A stretch of 64,000 nt of DNA from an uncultured Planctomycetales bacterium. GTDB taxonomy: Bacteria; Omnitrophota; Gorgyraeia; Zapsychrales; Fredricksoniimonadaceae. How positions within the stretch are numbered: the stretch's first letter is position 1; every line of letters begins with the position of its first letter. Positions 39,730-48,878 of the stretch are shown piece after piece. The stretch is from the NCBI GenBank assembly GCA_964438075.1, contig CAYTIW010000007.1:10596-74595 (forward strand), read 5' to 3'. The notes under the pieces are model-generated. The model was not told the DNA's origin and ran no database searches. It worked only from the letters and a program-made list of their open reading frames with translations. The position numbers were made by a program, and so were the translations under genes.

Positions 39730-41800
39730 AGTGCCCTCTTTTCTTCAAAGATGTGCCATCGTAAAGAAAATACCGATATTCTCTGCCCTTAACTGGTTCA
39801 GGATACAGAGCATTGCCCGGGATGGGGAGATGGTACGCTACAAAAAAGGCGACTTTGTTTCCATGAAGGGCAACCCTCCGGATTACGTCTTTTTTCTTAT
39901 ATCCGGCCGTTTACAGTCATATGCCTTGGATTCTGACGGTCACAAGGAAGATATAGAATTCATCCACCGGGGAATGTTCTTCGGTATCATTTCGGCTTTG
40001 ACGGGCGAAGAACATTCACAGACCTTTGAGGCCATTAATGATTCCATGATATTCCGTGTCCCGGTAGGCCGTTTCCGCAAGATATTGAAACGGATCCCTG
40101 ACTTGAGCGTAAAATTCAATCGTATCCTCTCTCAGCGCATCAGAAGCAAGGTCACCAAGACCAATCTTGTTTCGCAAAGCACCATCATTTCGGTTTACAG
40201 CCCTCTTTCGGGCTCAGGGGGCTCAACATATTCTCTAAATCTAGCTCTAGGTCTGCATAAAGAGAGCAAAGACCGTGTCATCTTGATCAGTATCCGTTCG
40301 ATCAGGCCTCCCGAACGCAAGGATATATCGGCTTTTGACCAGGTCCGACCAAAGTGGAAAAGGGACCCCATTGATCTGTCAAGCCTGGTAGATAATTTCG
40401 ATGACATAGCAGGTGCGGTGTCCCGCAGCGATCTGGGGATCGATCTGTTGAATGTGGTCTTTAAGCCTAATGATGTTGATCTCGTCCAGCATATAAGCGA
40501 CTTCGTCAGCAGTTTCATCGATGTATACCGATATGTCATCGTTGACTTGCCGAGCGAGACTGACGACGTGGTCCTTAAAACACTTTCCCAGTCTGACTTT
40601 ATCCATCTGGTGATGGTGCGAAAGAAAGAAGCCTTGGAAATGGGCCGTATTATTCTTAACCGTCTGGAAGAAAGGCTGCAGGAATACTTTAATGAAGAGC
40701 GGGTAAGGGTCCTTATAAGCGGAGTACATGTTAAGAAAATGTCAGAAGAAGCGGTGCGCAGTATTATTGATTACGACGTACTGGCTTTTCTTCCGCATAT
40801 ACAGCATAAAGACCTGGCTAACTTCATTGAAACGCCGGCCATTTCCTTCTGGGCCATTAACCAGGGAAGCGACTATTCTAAAACGCTGGCCAGAATTTCC
40901 CGCCAGATATCTGGCGTGTCCGTAGGAATAGTTTTTGGCGGGGGAGCTGCCTTTGGACTGGCGCACATTGGCGTGATCAAGGTTCTTGAGGAAGAAAGCA
41001 TCCCTATAGACATTATTATCGGCAGTTCCATGGGAGCGCTTATCGGTGGGCTGTGGGCTTTGGGCTATTCCGCTCATGAATTGGAGAAAATGGCCTATGA
41101 GTTCAGAAATAAGAAAGCGCTCGTTAGATTGCTTGATTTCGTTCTGTCAATTTCAGGTCTTATCAGTGGCAAAGCCATTATGGCTTGGCTCTACAGTAAG
41201 TTCCGAGACAGCACTTTCCATGATTTGAAAATACCATTGAAAATAGTTGCGTATGATCTTATCCATAGAAAAGATCTTATCATTGAGGACGGATTTCTGG
41301 TTGATGCCATCAGGAAAAGCATATCAATACCAGGAGTATTCCAGCCAATAGTCACAGATGACCATTTGATCATTGATGGCGGCGTTATGAATCCGTTACC
41401 AACCAATGTACTAAAATCGACCGATGTGAGAAAAATAATCGCCATCAATGTCCTGCAATCGCCAGATGACGTAATTAAAGGGTATCAGAAGACGCGCCAA
41501 GAGTTGAACAAGGCGCTAGACGTGCCCTTTTTAGTAGATCCCTGGAATTTTATAGATATACGCTTCAAATATTGGATTAATAAGATGTTCTATCCTAACA
41601 TAACAGATATCATTGTTCGTACCTTGGAAGCATCGGAAGCGGTCATTGCCGATCAGAGCGCCAGAACGGCGGATATTTTAATACATCCGGATATGTCCGG
41701 TTTGCAGTGGTATGAGCTTTACCAGGTCGAAACGTTGATTAAAAGGGGTGAAGAGGCGGCCCGGGCTCAGATAGAGAAAATCAGGAATATAGCTCATTAA
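39722..41800 (+). CDS. Three-part protein: cyclic-nucleotide-binding domain, degenerate ParA/MinD-like domain, patatin-like phospholipase domain
   Basis: 692 aa. The N-terminal CAP-type cNMP-binding fold has FVSMKGNPPDYVFFLISGRL...GMFFGIISALTGEEHS. The central domain has IISVYSPLSGSGGSTYSLNLALGL, in the position of a ParA/MinD Walker A but without the Lys. The patatin domain has GGGAAFGLAHIGVIKVLEE (oxyanion GGG), GSSMGALIG (GxSxG) and IIDGGVMNPLP (DG). Confidence 0.75.
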   Translation: MLKVPSFLQRCAIVKKIPIFSALNWFRIQSIARDGEMVRYKKGDFVSMKGNPPDYVFFLISGRLQSYALDSDGHKEDIEFIHRGMFFGIISALTGEEHSQTFEAINDSMIFRVPVGRFRKILKRIPDLSVKFNRILSQRIRSKVTKTNLVSQSTIISVYSPLSGSGGSTYSLNLALGLHKESKDRVILISIRSIRPPERKDISAFDQVRPKWKRDPIDLSSLVDNFDDIAGAVSRSDLGIDLLNVVFKPNDVDLVQHISDFVSSFIDVYRYVIVDLPSETDDVVLKTLSQSDFIHLVMVRKKEALEMGRIILNRLEERLQEYFNEERVRVLISGVHVKKMSEEAVRSIIDYDVLAFLPHIQHKDLANFIETPAISFWAINQGSDYSKTLARISRQISGVSVGIVFGGGAAFGLAHIGVIKVLEEESIPIDIIIGSSMGALIGGLWALGYSAHELEKMAYEFRNKKALVRLLDFVLSISGLISGKAIMAWLYSKFRDSTFHDLKIPLKIVAYDLIHRKDLIIEDGFLVDAIRKSISIPGVFQPIVTDDHLIIDGGVMNPLPTNVLKSTDVRKIIAINVLQSPDDVIKGYQKTRQELNKALDVPFLVDPWNFIDIRFKYWINKMFYPNITDIIVRTLEASEAVIADQSARTADILIHPDMSGLQWYELYQVETLIKRGEEAARAQIEKIRNIAH

Positions 41801-41985
41801 ACAACATGTAATTGGTCTAAGTCTTATGCAGTTGGTGATGCGGTAGTATCGTGCCGGAATCGGGATTATCCTTATAAAACTCCGGACATGTTTTTTACTT
41901 GTTCCTATACTTAAAGTTAACATAACATATATTATAGGAAGTTAGTAATCAAAAAAAGATGGCTCCTGCTTTTTTTGAAATGCAT

Positions 41986-42837
41986 TCATGGGCCATATAT
42001 AATGCGAACAAAATTAGTCGAATTTGATATCACCGCTCTGCTGCCATATTCGAATTCATGCCATACATGGGCCCCATCAAGATAAATTCTTCCATTAGGC
42101 ATTAAAGACATTATTCCTATTCTCTCGGCATCAAGTAAATCACCGGTCAATCGGTATTTTACCCCTTTCATGTGATACAATTCACGTGGTTTATATTGTA
42201 TCATCCGGCTTTGTTCTGGCATTTGGGTGCCACCTGCTGATAAAATTGCACCCGTAGAGCCGGCCGCAGATGAGATCCAAATTCCTGAGTTTCGGTGCTC
42301 TTCAGCTATACCACCAATGGATATTCTGTATCGGCTCATGGCAGCTGGATTGGCATGACAGATAAGAACATCATTAAGGCATTCATAACACTTTCTTTGC
42401 GACCTATTTGTTACGAGTATTTTAAGTTTATAAAGAGGCCTTATATCAGCTGTACTATGGATGATACTTTTTATTATTGGATTGAAGTTGCCTATATGAG
42501 CATGGCAAAATTTCCCCACGCTCCAGTTTGGATCAGAATTTACACCAAGCAATAATTGCTGCCGATCAATACCCCTTGCGACTTCCAGAAGAGTGCCATC
42601 ACCCCCAACAGAGATTATTAAACCGTAACCTTTGTAATCTATATCAGGTTTGCGTGTTATTTTTTGATAAGGAAGGTCCAATGAAGCTAAAGATCTTTCA
42701 ATGTATTTTAAAGTTTCATTATGTTTTGAATGATTTCTCACGAAATTAGTAGCTTTTCTAAGCTTATCAGATAAATGTCCGGCCCCGGCAAGAAAACTCC
42801 GTTTGTAAACAACAAGTATTGGTAATTTTTTTTTCAT
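41986..42837 (-). CDS. nadK: NAD kinase
   Basis: 283 aa. It has the motif ISVGGDGTLL and the later NDVLI and ISSAAGSTGAILSAGG segments typical of NadK/PpnK. The start overlaps the upstream stop (ATGA). Confidence 0.8.
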   Translation of the reverse strand: MKKKLPILVVYKRSFLAGAGHLSDKLRKATNFVRNHSKHNETLKYIERSLASLDLPYQKITRKPDIDYKGYGLIISVGGDGTLLEVARGIDRQQLLLGVNSDPNWSVGKFCHAHIGNFNPIIKSIIHSTADIRPLYKLKILVTNRSQRKCYECLNDVLICHANPAAMSRYRISIGGIAEEHRNSGIWISSAAGSTGAILSAGGTQMPEQSRMIQYKPRELYHMKGVKYRLTGDLLDAERIGIMSLMPNGRIYLDGAHVWHEFEYGSRAVISNSTNFVRIIYGP

Positions 42838-43493
42838 ATTTTATAGCGACTTATTATAAAGTTTCTCAAGGATGCGAAGTCATGGAACACGAGGTCTGCC
42901 CTTTTAAGGTATTGTTTTGGTAATGATGTTTCAAGGGCAAAACATGTAAGCCCTGCAGCTTTGGCCGATTTAATACCCAGCGGAGCATTCTCGATGACAA
43001 CAACCGTGTCCGGAGGTACTCTGATGGCTTTTATGGCTTTTTGATAGGGATACGGGTGCGGTTTCCCAAGTATAACATCATCCCCGCAAATAATTACGGA
43101 AAAACATTTCAGCAGTTTCTCAGACAATACGTTATTTATTTCTCGTCGGGAACTGCCTGTCACCAGCGCTAAAATAATATTTCTTCTGAATAGCATCTTT
43201 ACAAAAGACCGGGCCCCAACAATAAACCGGGGTCTGAAGATTGTTTCAAATAACCGTTCTTTCTTTAAAAGCATGTTTTGGGCCATTTTTTTTGAGAATG
43301 GCCTATCATATTGGTCAAATATTTCCCGTATACTAACTATTCCTTTCTGACCTTCTCTTTTATAGATTTCATGCGGCGTTATTTGTATGCCTTCTTCGTG
43401 AAAGATCTTATGCCAAGCACGGCAATGAAAGGACATGGTATCGGTTATTACACCATCCATGTCGAAAATAACAGCTTTTAGCGAATCAACCAT
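42834..43493 (-). CDS. HAD-superfamily hydrolase (beta-phosphoglucomutase-like subfamily IA)
   Basis: 219 aa. Motif I is VIFDMDGVITDT, motif II is LVTGSSR, and the motif III/IV region is KPHPYPY...VVIENAPLGIKSAKAAG. Confidence 0.8.
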   Translation of the reverse strand: MVDSLKAVIFDMDGVITDTMSFHCRAWHKIFHEEGIQITPHEIYKREGQKGIVSIREIFDQYDRPFSKKMAQNMLLKKERLFETIFRPRFIVGARSFVKMLFRRNIILALVTGSSRREINNVLSEKLLKCFSVIICGDDVILGKPHPYPYQKAIKAIRVPPDTVVVIENAPLGIKSAKAAGLTCFALETSLPKQYLKRADLVFHDFASLRNFIISRYKI

Positions 43494-43530
43494 GGGAAAT
43501 CATTATTCCAGGAGGGCAAATACAACTTTA

Positions 43531-44034
43531 TTATTTATTTTGGTTTCTTCTAGATTCGTTCCTCTTCCTTATAGCTTCCATTTTTTGTCTTCGTGCTTCA
43601 ACAATATGTTGTAATTTTAGCCTACGGGCTTCTTTTTCGGTTCTTTTACGAATTTCTTTGGCTTCTTCTCTTTGGCGTTTTGTTTCTAGGTTTTGAATTC
43701 TTTGCTTCTCTTTGTTTTCGATTGTCTTCTTTTCAGCATCTTTCCTTTCAAGCCAAAGCTGTCTTTCCTGGCTGCGGATCCTTTTTTGTTCGGCTCTTTC
43801 ATCGAGAAAGCTGCATTGCTCATCAAAAGTTGCGTCAGCCCAAGCTTGTCCGGTGGCAAGCATAAATTGTTGGCGAAAAGGCAAGGGGATATTAACCAGT
43901 TCAACACCGTATATCTTTTCCCATTTTGACAATTGATCCTCTTGTGGAGCCTCTTCAGAGGGTGATTCTTGCCCCCAAATCGGTTGACACAAAAAGACGA
44001 AGAAAATGGCTATCAATAGACTTTTTTTCAGCAT
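43531..44034 (-). CDS. Secreted Glu/Lys/Arg-rich coiled-coil protein
   Basis: I prefer the ATG at 44034 (MLKKSLLIAIFFVFLCQPIWG, a signal peptide). The C-terminal half is highly charged (EQKRIRSQERQLWLERKDAEKKTIENKEKQRIQNLETKRQREEAKEIRKR...). Confidence 0.5.
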   Translation of the reverse strand: MLKKSLLIAIFFVFLCQPIWGQESPSEEAPQEDQLSKWEKIYGVELVNIPLPFRQQFMLATGQAWADATFDEQCSFLDERAEQKRIRSQERQLWLERKDAEKKTIENKEKQRIQNLETKRQREEAKEIRKRTEKEARRLKLQHIVEARRQKMEAIRKRNESRRNQNK

Positions 44035-44112
44035 TTTAATTCCTTTGATCCAGATATAAGTATAACATAACTTGAAAAAAGTAAAAAATCGCAAATCAAT
44101 AACGGGTGTTTT

Positions 44113-44895
44113 TTAAAACACGTCAACCGTTGTTGCATCCTTGACGTATATGACAATATTATCGGAGGATGTGATATCTTCCGTGGCTGTATTGTTTTTC
44201 CATTTAGCTATTACATTGATACTCTGTGGGCCGAGTATTGAATTTTTAGGAATATTCAGGTCATAAACGTTATCTAGAGTTGGATAGTGATCTTCATAAG
44301 TATAGTCAAAGGAATCAATGATAATGCCATCTGGCACCCTCGGGCCCGTAACAAGCACATTTAGGTGTATCAGCCTTCCTCTCTCGACCACAGCACCATT
44401 CTCCGGGACAATTATACGTATGGACGATTTAATATCATCATTCTTGGATCCCGCTAGCGGGATGCTTATCTCCCCTGCTCCCATACCCAAAGACAGGCCA
44501 TCAAAACGGAGTATGGCCTTTGGGGCTTTGGCTACCGGTAGCTCAAAAGCGAGTTTGATTGTGAATGTTTGGTTGGGATAAACACTTTGTTTTGTTGATA
44601 ATTTTGAATGCTCGCTGGACGATAGGATACGGGCATATGAATTTCCGAATTCATCCCGTAAATAGAAACCAAGTTTGTCAGTGATGTCTAACTTCAGGTT
44701 GTCAGTAGAATTATAAATTATAAAATCCAAAGATAAGAAAGGAGGTTCACTGTCACCGGAGTTCTTTATAATTATATTATCAACGTGAAATTCAATGCCA
44801 TTGATTTTAATAGGAGCAGCTAGTAAGGAGCACGTGTTGAGGCAAATAATAAAAAAGACCAAAAGAAGGTTTCTGTATGTTTTTTTCATATTCAA
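44113..44895 (-). CDS. Secreted hypothetical protein (beta-rich)
   Basis: 260 aa with the signal peptide MNMKKTYRNLLLVFFIICLNTCSLLAA. No recognised motif. Confidence 0.5.
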   Translation of the reverse strand: MNMKKTYRNLLLVFFIICLNTCSLLAAPIKINGIEFHVDNIIIKNSGDSEPPFLSLDFIIYNSTDNLKLDITDKLGFYLRDEFGNSYARILSSSEHSKLSTKQSVYPNQTFTIKLAFELPVAKAPKAILRFDGLSLGMGAGEISIPLAGSKNDDIKSSIRIIVPENGAVVERGRLIHLNVLVTGPRVPDGIIIDSFDYTYEDHYPTLDNVYDLNIPKNSILGPQSINVIAKWKNNTATEDITSSDNIVIYVKDATTVDVF

Positions 44896-44958
44896 TGAAT
44901 AAATTTTAGCCTATTATAGAAAATAAATAAAATATAAACACGGATTTTGTATCTTTGT

Positions 44959-45576
44959 ATGATTGTCATGCCCCCCAATCCCCTGCTCCATGTTTGTTGT
45001 GCTCCGTGTAGCGGACCTGTCATAGAAAAGATGTTGATAAAAGGCGCCCGCCCCACGATTTTATTTTATAATCCCAATATCCACCCGGTAGAGGAATATG
45101 AATATAGAAAGGTATCCGTTATCAATTACGCTAAAAAGGTCGGGCTCAACTTTATCGATCTTGATTATGATACTGAAGTATGGTTTGAACGTGTCAAGGG
45201 TTTGGAAAATGAACCAGAACGCGGACGCCGATGTTCGATTTGTTTTGATATAAGGTTGGAACGCACGGCATTATATGCTCAGGAGAATGGGTTCCAATAC
45301 TTTGCTACCAGTAATGGCATTGCCAACCAGAAAGACATGGATCAGGTAAATCAAAGCGGGCTGCTTGCCGCCTCGCGGTACCCCGGGGTTTACTTTATGC
45401 CAATAGATTGGCGTGAAGAAGGCGGAATCCAAAGGATATCAGTTATAGCGAAAAAGGAACGTTTTTATAAACAAGAGTACTGCGGATGCGTTTTTTCATT
45501 AAGATCCAGAAATGAGCAACGAAGATCAAAAGGGCTTTCAGACATTAGCCCTGGGACGAAATATTTTATGCCTTGA
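44959..45576 (+). CDS. queH: Epoxyqueuosine reductase QueH (DUF208)
   Basis: LLHVCCAPCS lies near the N-terminus, RCSICFDIRL is in the middle, and EYCGCVFS is near the C-terminus. These match the QueH Cys pattern. The start could be 44947, 44959 or 44968. Confidence 0.8.
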   Translation: MIVMPPNPLLHVCCAPCSGPVIEKMLIKGARPTILFYNPNIHPVEEYEYRKVSVINYAKKVGLNFIDLDYDTEVWFERVKGLENEPERGRRCSICFDIRLERTALYAQENGFQYFATSNGIANQKDMDQVNQSGLLAASRYPGVYFMPIDWREEGGIQRISVIAKKERFYKQEYCGCVFSLRSRNEQRRSKGLSDISPGTKYFMP

Positions 45577-45673
45577 ATGACCGATTCCTAGATTTGAGTT
45601 CTAAAACAATGTAAGCGGGGTCCCTTCATTTCAGGCCAATGAAGAAATGATTTGAATCCACAGTATTATCAAT

Positions 45674-45711
45674 AAAAAACCCTGTATCTAGTTGATGATA
45701 CAGGGTTTTTA
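45674..45711. terminator. Bidirectional rho-independent terminator
   Basis: The 9-bp stem is CCCTGTATC (45680-45688) / GATACAGGG (45697-45705). It is flanked by an A-run and a T-run. It lies between queH (+) and a small minus-strand ORF. Confidence 0.6.
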
Positions 45712-45731
45712 TTCTTGAATTGATACGGATA

Positions 45732-45821
45732 TCAGATCAAAATATCAATATTATCCCAACCGAATATTTCACGCTGAGCCTGGTTGACCTTAATTGGCTT
45801 GTCTTCCTTCCATTCTCCCAT
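45732..45821 (-). CDS. Candidate 29-aa small protein (below the ORF-track cutoff)
   Basis: The minus strand reads AGGAGG-TTTAT-ATG, followed by MGEWKEDKPIKVNQAQREIFGWDNIDILI and TGA. The hairpin terminator at 45674-45711 follows. No homology evidence. Confidence 0.35.
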   Translation of the reverse strand: MGEWKEDKPIKVNQAQREIFGWDNIDILI

Positions 45822-46029
45822 ATAAACCTCCTATTTCTTTAATGTAAATAGGTGTTTATCACCCGTTGTTTGTTTAAATATACACTAATTCCTAATATGT
45901 GCCAATCTTTTTTTATCAATGATATTGTTACGCTCTGCTAAAAGAAAATAATATCAACAATTTATTTCTTAAAATTTCATATTATAATTCTACGAAATCA
46001 TTTACATAAAGTTGGAAAGGAAATCGACA

Positions 46030-47397
46030 ATGCCAGCTGCTTTGGAGAAATACGCACATAAGCTTGTAAAAAAGATCCGTTTTCGTATACCAGATATACC
46101 AGGAGCTTTGGGACGTTTGGCATCAACTCTGGGAGCTCAGGGAGCGGTACTGGGAGACATTGTGACGGAGAATGTTACGTCCAATTACATAATCCGTGAC
46201 ATCACGATATATTTTGACACCAAGGAAGAACTTGATGCCGCTCTTTCCGCAGCCCGTAAACTAAAAGGATACAAGATACTGGATGTTAAAGATGAAGTCC
46301 TGAGCATACACCAAGGAGGGAAGATCGCGATCATACCTCGGGTCAAGGTGGAGACCCTAAGCGACCTGCGTATGATATATACTCCTGGGGTGGCTCAGGT
46401 CTGTCATCATATTGCCAAAGTTCCTGGTGATGCCCGAAATTATACTTCCATAGGGAACACTGTTTGTATAGCTACCAATGGATCCGCTGTGCTTGGACTG
46501 GGTGATATAGGTGTACTGGCTGCCATGCCGGTGATGGAAGGAAAATCACTTATACTTGGCCGCTTCTCCGGTGTCAGCTGCGTGCCGCTGTTGCTGGATA
46601 GTGATGATCCTAAAACCATTGTAGATGCTTTGGCAACCTTAGCCAAGACATTCAGCGTTATTATGCTGGAAGACATTAGTGCTCCCCTTTGTTTTGAAGT
46701 AGAAAAGCAACTCCAGCAACGTGTCGATATCCCGGTCTTCCATGACGATCAGCATGGAACGGCCGTTGTGATCCTAGCCGCCCTTATCAAAAGTTTGAAG
46801 ATGGTAAGAAAAAAGAAAGAGACAGTGCGCATCGTGATAAACGGTGCCGGAGCCGCTGGTATGGCTGCTTGCCTGTTGCTTTTGGAATATGGTTTTAAGA
46901 ATATAATCCTCTGCGACCGCAACGGAGCCATTTACCAAGGACGCAAAGAAGGAATGAATCCATATAAGGAAGAGATATCTCTGGTCAGCAATAACAAGAA
47001 GATAGCCGGTCCCTTGCCAGCCGTAATGGCGGGGGCTGACGTTTTCATTGGAGTATCGTCTGCCGGTCTGGTCAAGCCGGCCATGGTAAAGTCTATGGCT
47101 AATAAGGCGATAGTTTTCGGCCTGGCCAATCCTGTACCGGAAATATGGCCTAAAGACGCCCTGGCGGCAGGTGCTGCCCTAGCCATGGACGGCCGGACCA
47201 TAAATAATGCTCTTGCTTTTCCTGGGCTTATCCGGGGTGCCATTGATGCCCAGGCGAAGCGCATTACCTATTCGATGAAGTTCGCCGCTGCCGAGACGCT
47301 GGCTTCCCTGGCCGGCAAGAATGAGCTGGTCCCCAACTTCATGCATATGGCTGTTCATGAGAAAGTAGCCGAAGCGGTCAAGGCAGCCGTAAGCTAA
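46030..47397 (+). CDS. NAD(P)-dependent malic enzyme with N-terminal ACT-like domain
   Basis: The start is the ATG at 46030. The N-terminal roughly 85 aa are ACT-like (IRFRIPDIPGALGRLASTLGAQGAVLGDI). Malic enzyme segments follow: IYTPGVA, TNGSAVLGLGDIG, PVMEGKS, FHDDQHGTA and the NAD-binding INGAGAAG. Confidence 0.85.
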   Translation: MPAALEKYAHKLVKKIRFRIPDIPGALGRLASTLGAQGAVLGDIVTENVTSNYIIRDITIYFDTKEELDAALSAARKLKGYKILDVKDEVLSIHQGGKIAIIPRVKVETLSDLRMIYTPGVAQVCHHIAKVPGDARNYTSIGNTVCIATNGSAVLGLGDIGVLAAMPVMEGKSLILGRFSGVSCVPLLLDSDDPKTIVDALATLAKTFSVIMLEDISAPLCFEVEKQLQQRVDIPVFHDDQHGTAVVILAALIKSLKMVRKKKETVRIVINGAGAAGMAACLLLLEYGFKNIILCDRNGAIYQGRKEGMNPYKEEISLVSNNKKIAGPLPAVMAGADVFIGVSSAGLVKPAMVKSMANKAIVFGLANPVPEIWPKDALAAGAALAMDGRTINNALAFPGLIRGAIDAQAKRITYSMKFAAAETLASLAGKNELVPNFMHMAVHEKVAEAVKAAVS

Positions 47398-47459
47398 AAA
47401 AGGTTTGCGTAACGTTTTCTTGCGAGCGCAGTTCATCCTCGTAAAACGTGCTGGTCTGT

Positions 47460-48875
47460 TCAGGCTCCTAAAAGTGCTGCTGCCTGTTTTAGAAGATCAT
47501 TCAGGAATGGCGGGATATAAAGACCGAGTATCAAGACGATAAGGGCCAGCAGCAAGATCGGCATGACCATGGGCACGGTTTCCTTTCTGGAATGGGCCAT
47601 GGTCTCTGGCGGCAAGCCTTGGATCATTCTCAAAATAATGTCCGCCACACCCAGGAAGATCAGCCCCAGGAAAATAACAAACAACACAGCGACCACATAA
47701 TTCCCTTTGGTGATCGCTGAATATAAAATGATAAGCTCGCTCAAGAAGGTGCCGAACGGAGGCGCACCCGTAACAGCCAGGAAGCCGGCTAAAAGCAGGA
47801 TGCCAGTAACCGGGTATGAACGAAGGGCTCCGCGCACGTCTTTTACCTTTTTGCTGTGATATTGTTTGTAAAGGTTCCCCGTGACGAGGAAGACAAAACC
47901 CTTGGTGAAGGCATTGTTCACCAGATGCAAGAGGCTCCCGTATATCCCTACCCCACCAAGGCCGATACCAATAGCCAGGATCCCCATGTGCTCAACGCTG
48001 GAATAGGCCAGCATCCTTTTATAATCGGTCTGCCCTAGGATAAAAACATACGCGATACCCATGGAAGTGAGCCCTAGCACTATCAGCATGGAAGAAAAGA
48101 ACTGATCCTGCCCCGCTGCGTGACAGATCTGGGCCACTCTCAGGATACTTAGGAATGCGCAGTTCAACAGACAACCTGACAGCAAGGCAGAGATAGGTGA
48201 AGGCGCCTGCGAATGGGCATCCGGCAGCCAGGAATGCATCGGGGCCAACCCCATTTTGGTCCCACAGCCGATCAAAAGAAAAATGGCGCTGATCTTAAGC
48301 CACGGTAAGGAAAGTTCTGAGGCCTGAGTTAGAAGTTTATCCAGAAGAAGTGTTTGCACATTCATGGCTGATACCGCCAGGAAATATGTACCGAGCAGGG
48401 CCAATGCTATCCCAACCAGACAGATCATCAGGAACTTCCAGGAAGCTTCAATGCTTTGCCTCGTCTTTTCAAAATTGATCAAAGGTACGCTGGCCAAGGT
48501 AGTGGCCTCTATTCCGATCAGCAGGATCCCGAAATGCCGGCTGATAACGACCAGGGTGATAAAGGATAGGAACGATAATAAGACGCTGACGAATATCCTG
48601 TGAGGCATATCTTCGACTTCCTCGAAATAATCCAGTAGATAAAAAGCTACCATGAGGAACAGAAAGCTCACTACCGAAAGGACCAGAAGACCCAAAGCAT
48701 CGACCGCCAGGAACCCGTTGAACGCCGCTGCCGGGGTCTTGCTCCAGAAAGTGATCACACTGGTAAAATGTGCCAGAGCGACCAGAAAAAGCACTCGCTG
48801 TCTTGTTGTTTTGCACGGTAGCAGCAACGTGAGTCCGCCGGCAATTAAAGGAAGGAAAAGCACGAATAACAACAT
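47460..48875 (-). CDS. Antiporter-like subunit (NuoN/HyfF-like), second membrane module
   Basis: 471 aa and polytopic. It has the proton-conducting membrane transporter core (KMGLAPMHSWLPDAHSQAPSPISALLSG) and is a paralog of the 54720-56132 product. Confidence 0.85.
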   Translation of the reverse strand: MLLFVLFLPLIAGGLTLLLPCKTTRQRVLFLVALAHFTSVITFWSKTPAAAFNGFLAVDALGLLVLSVVSFLFLMVAFYLLDYFEEVEDMPHRIFVSVLLSFLSFITLVVISRHFGILLIGIEATTLASVPLINFEKTRQSIEASWKFLMICLVGIALALLGTYFLAVSAMNVQTLLLDKLLTQASELSLPWLKISAIFLLIGCGTKMGLAPMHSWLPDAHSQAPSPISALLSGCLLNCAFLSILRVAQICHAAGQDQFFSSMLIVLGLTSMGIAYVFILGQTDYKRMLAYSSVEHMGILAIGIGLGGVGIYGSLLHLVNNAFTKGFVFLVTGNLYKQYHSKKVKDVRGALRSYPVTGILLLAGFLAVTGAPPFGTFLSELIILYSAITKGNYVVAVLFVIFLGLIFLGVADIILRMIQGLPPETMAHSRKETVPMVMPILLLALIVLILGLYIPPFLNDLLKQAAALLGA

Positions 48876-48878
48876 ATA

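Noticed and set aside
45925-45954. Possible promoter for the malic enzyme gene (TTGTTA, 18 nt, TAATAT).
   Set aside because: The region is AT-rich, so such matches arise easily by chance, and the spacing is suboptimal. This is not enough support to list it as a feature.
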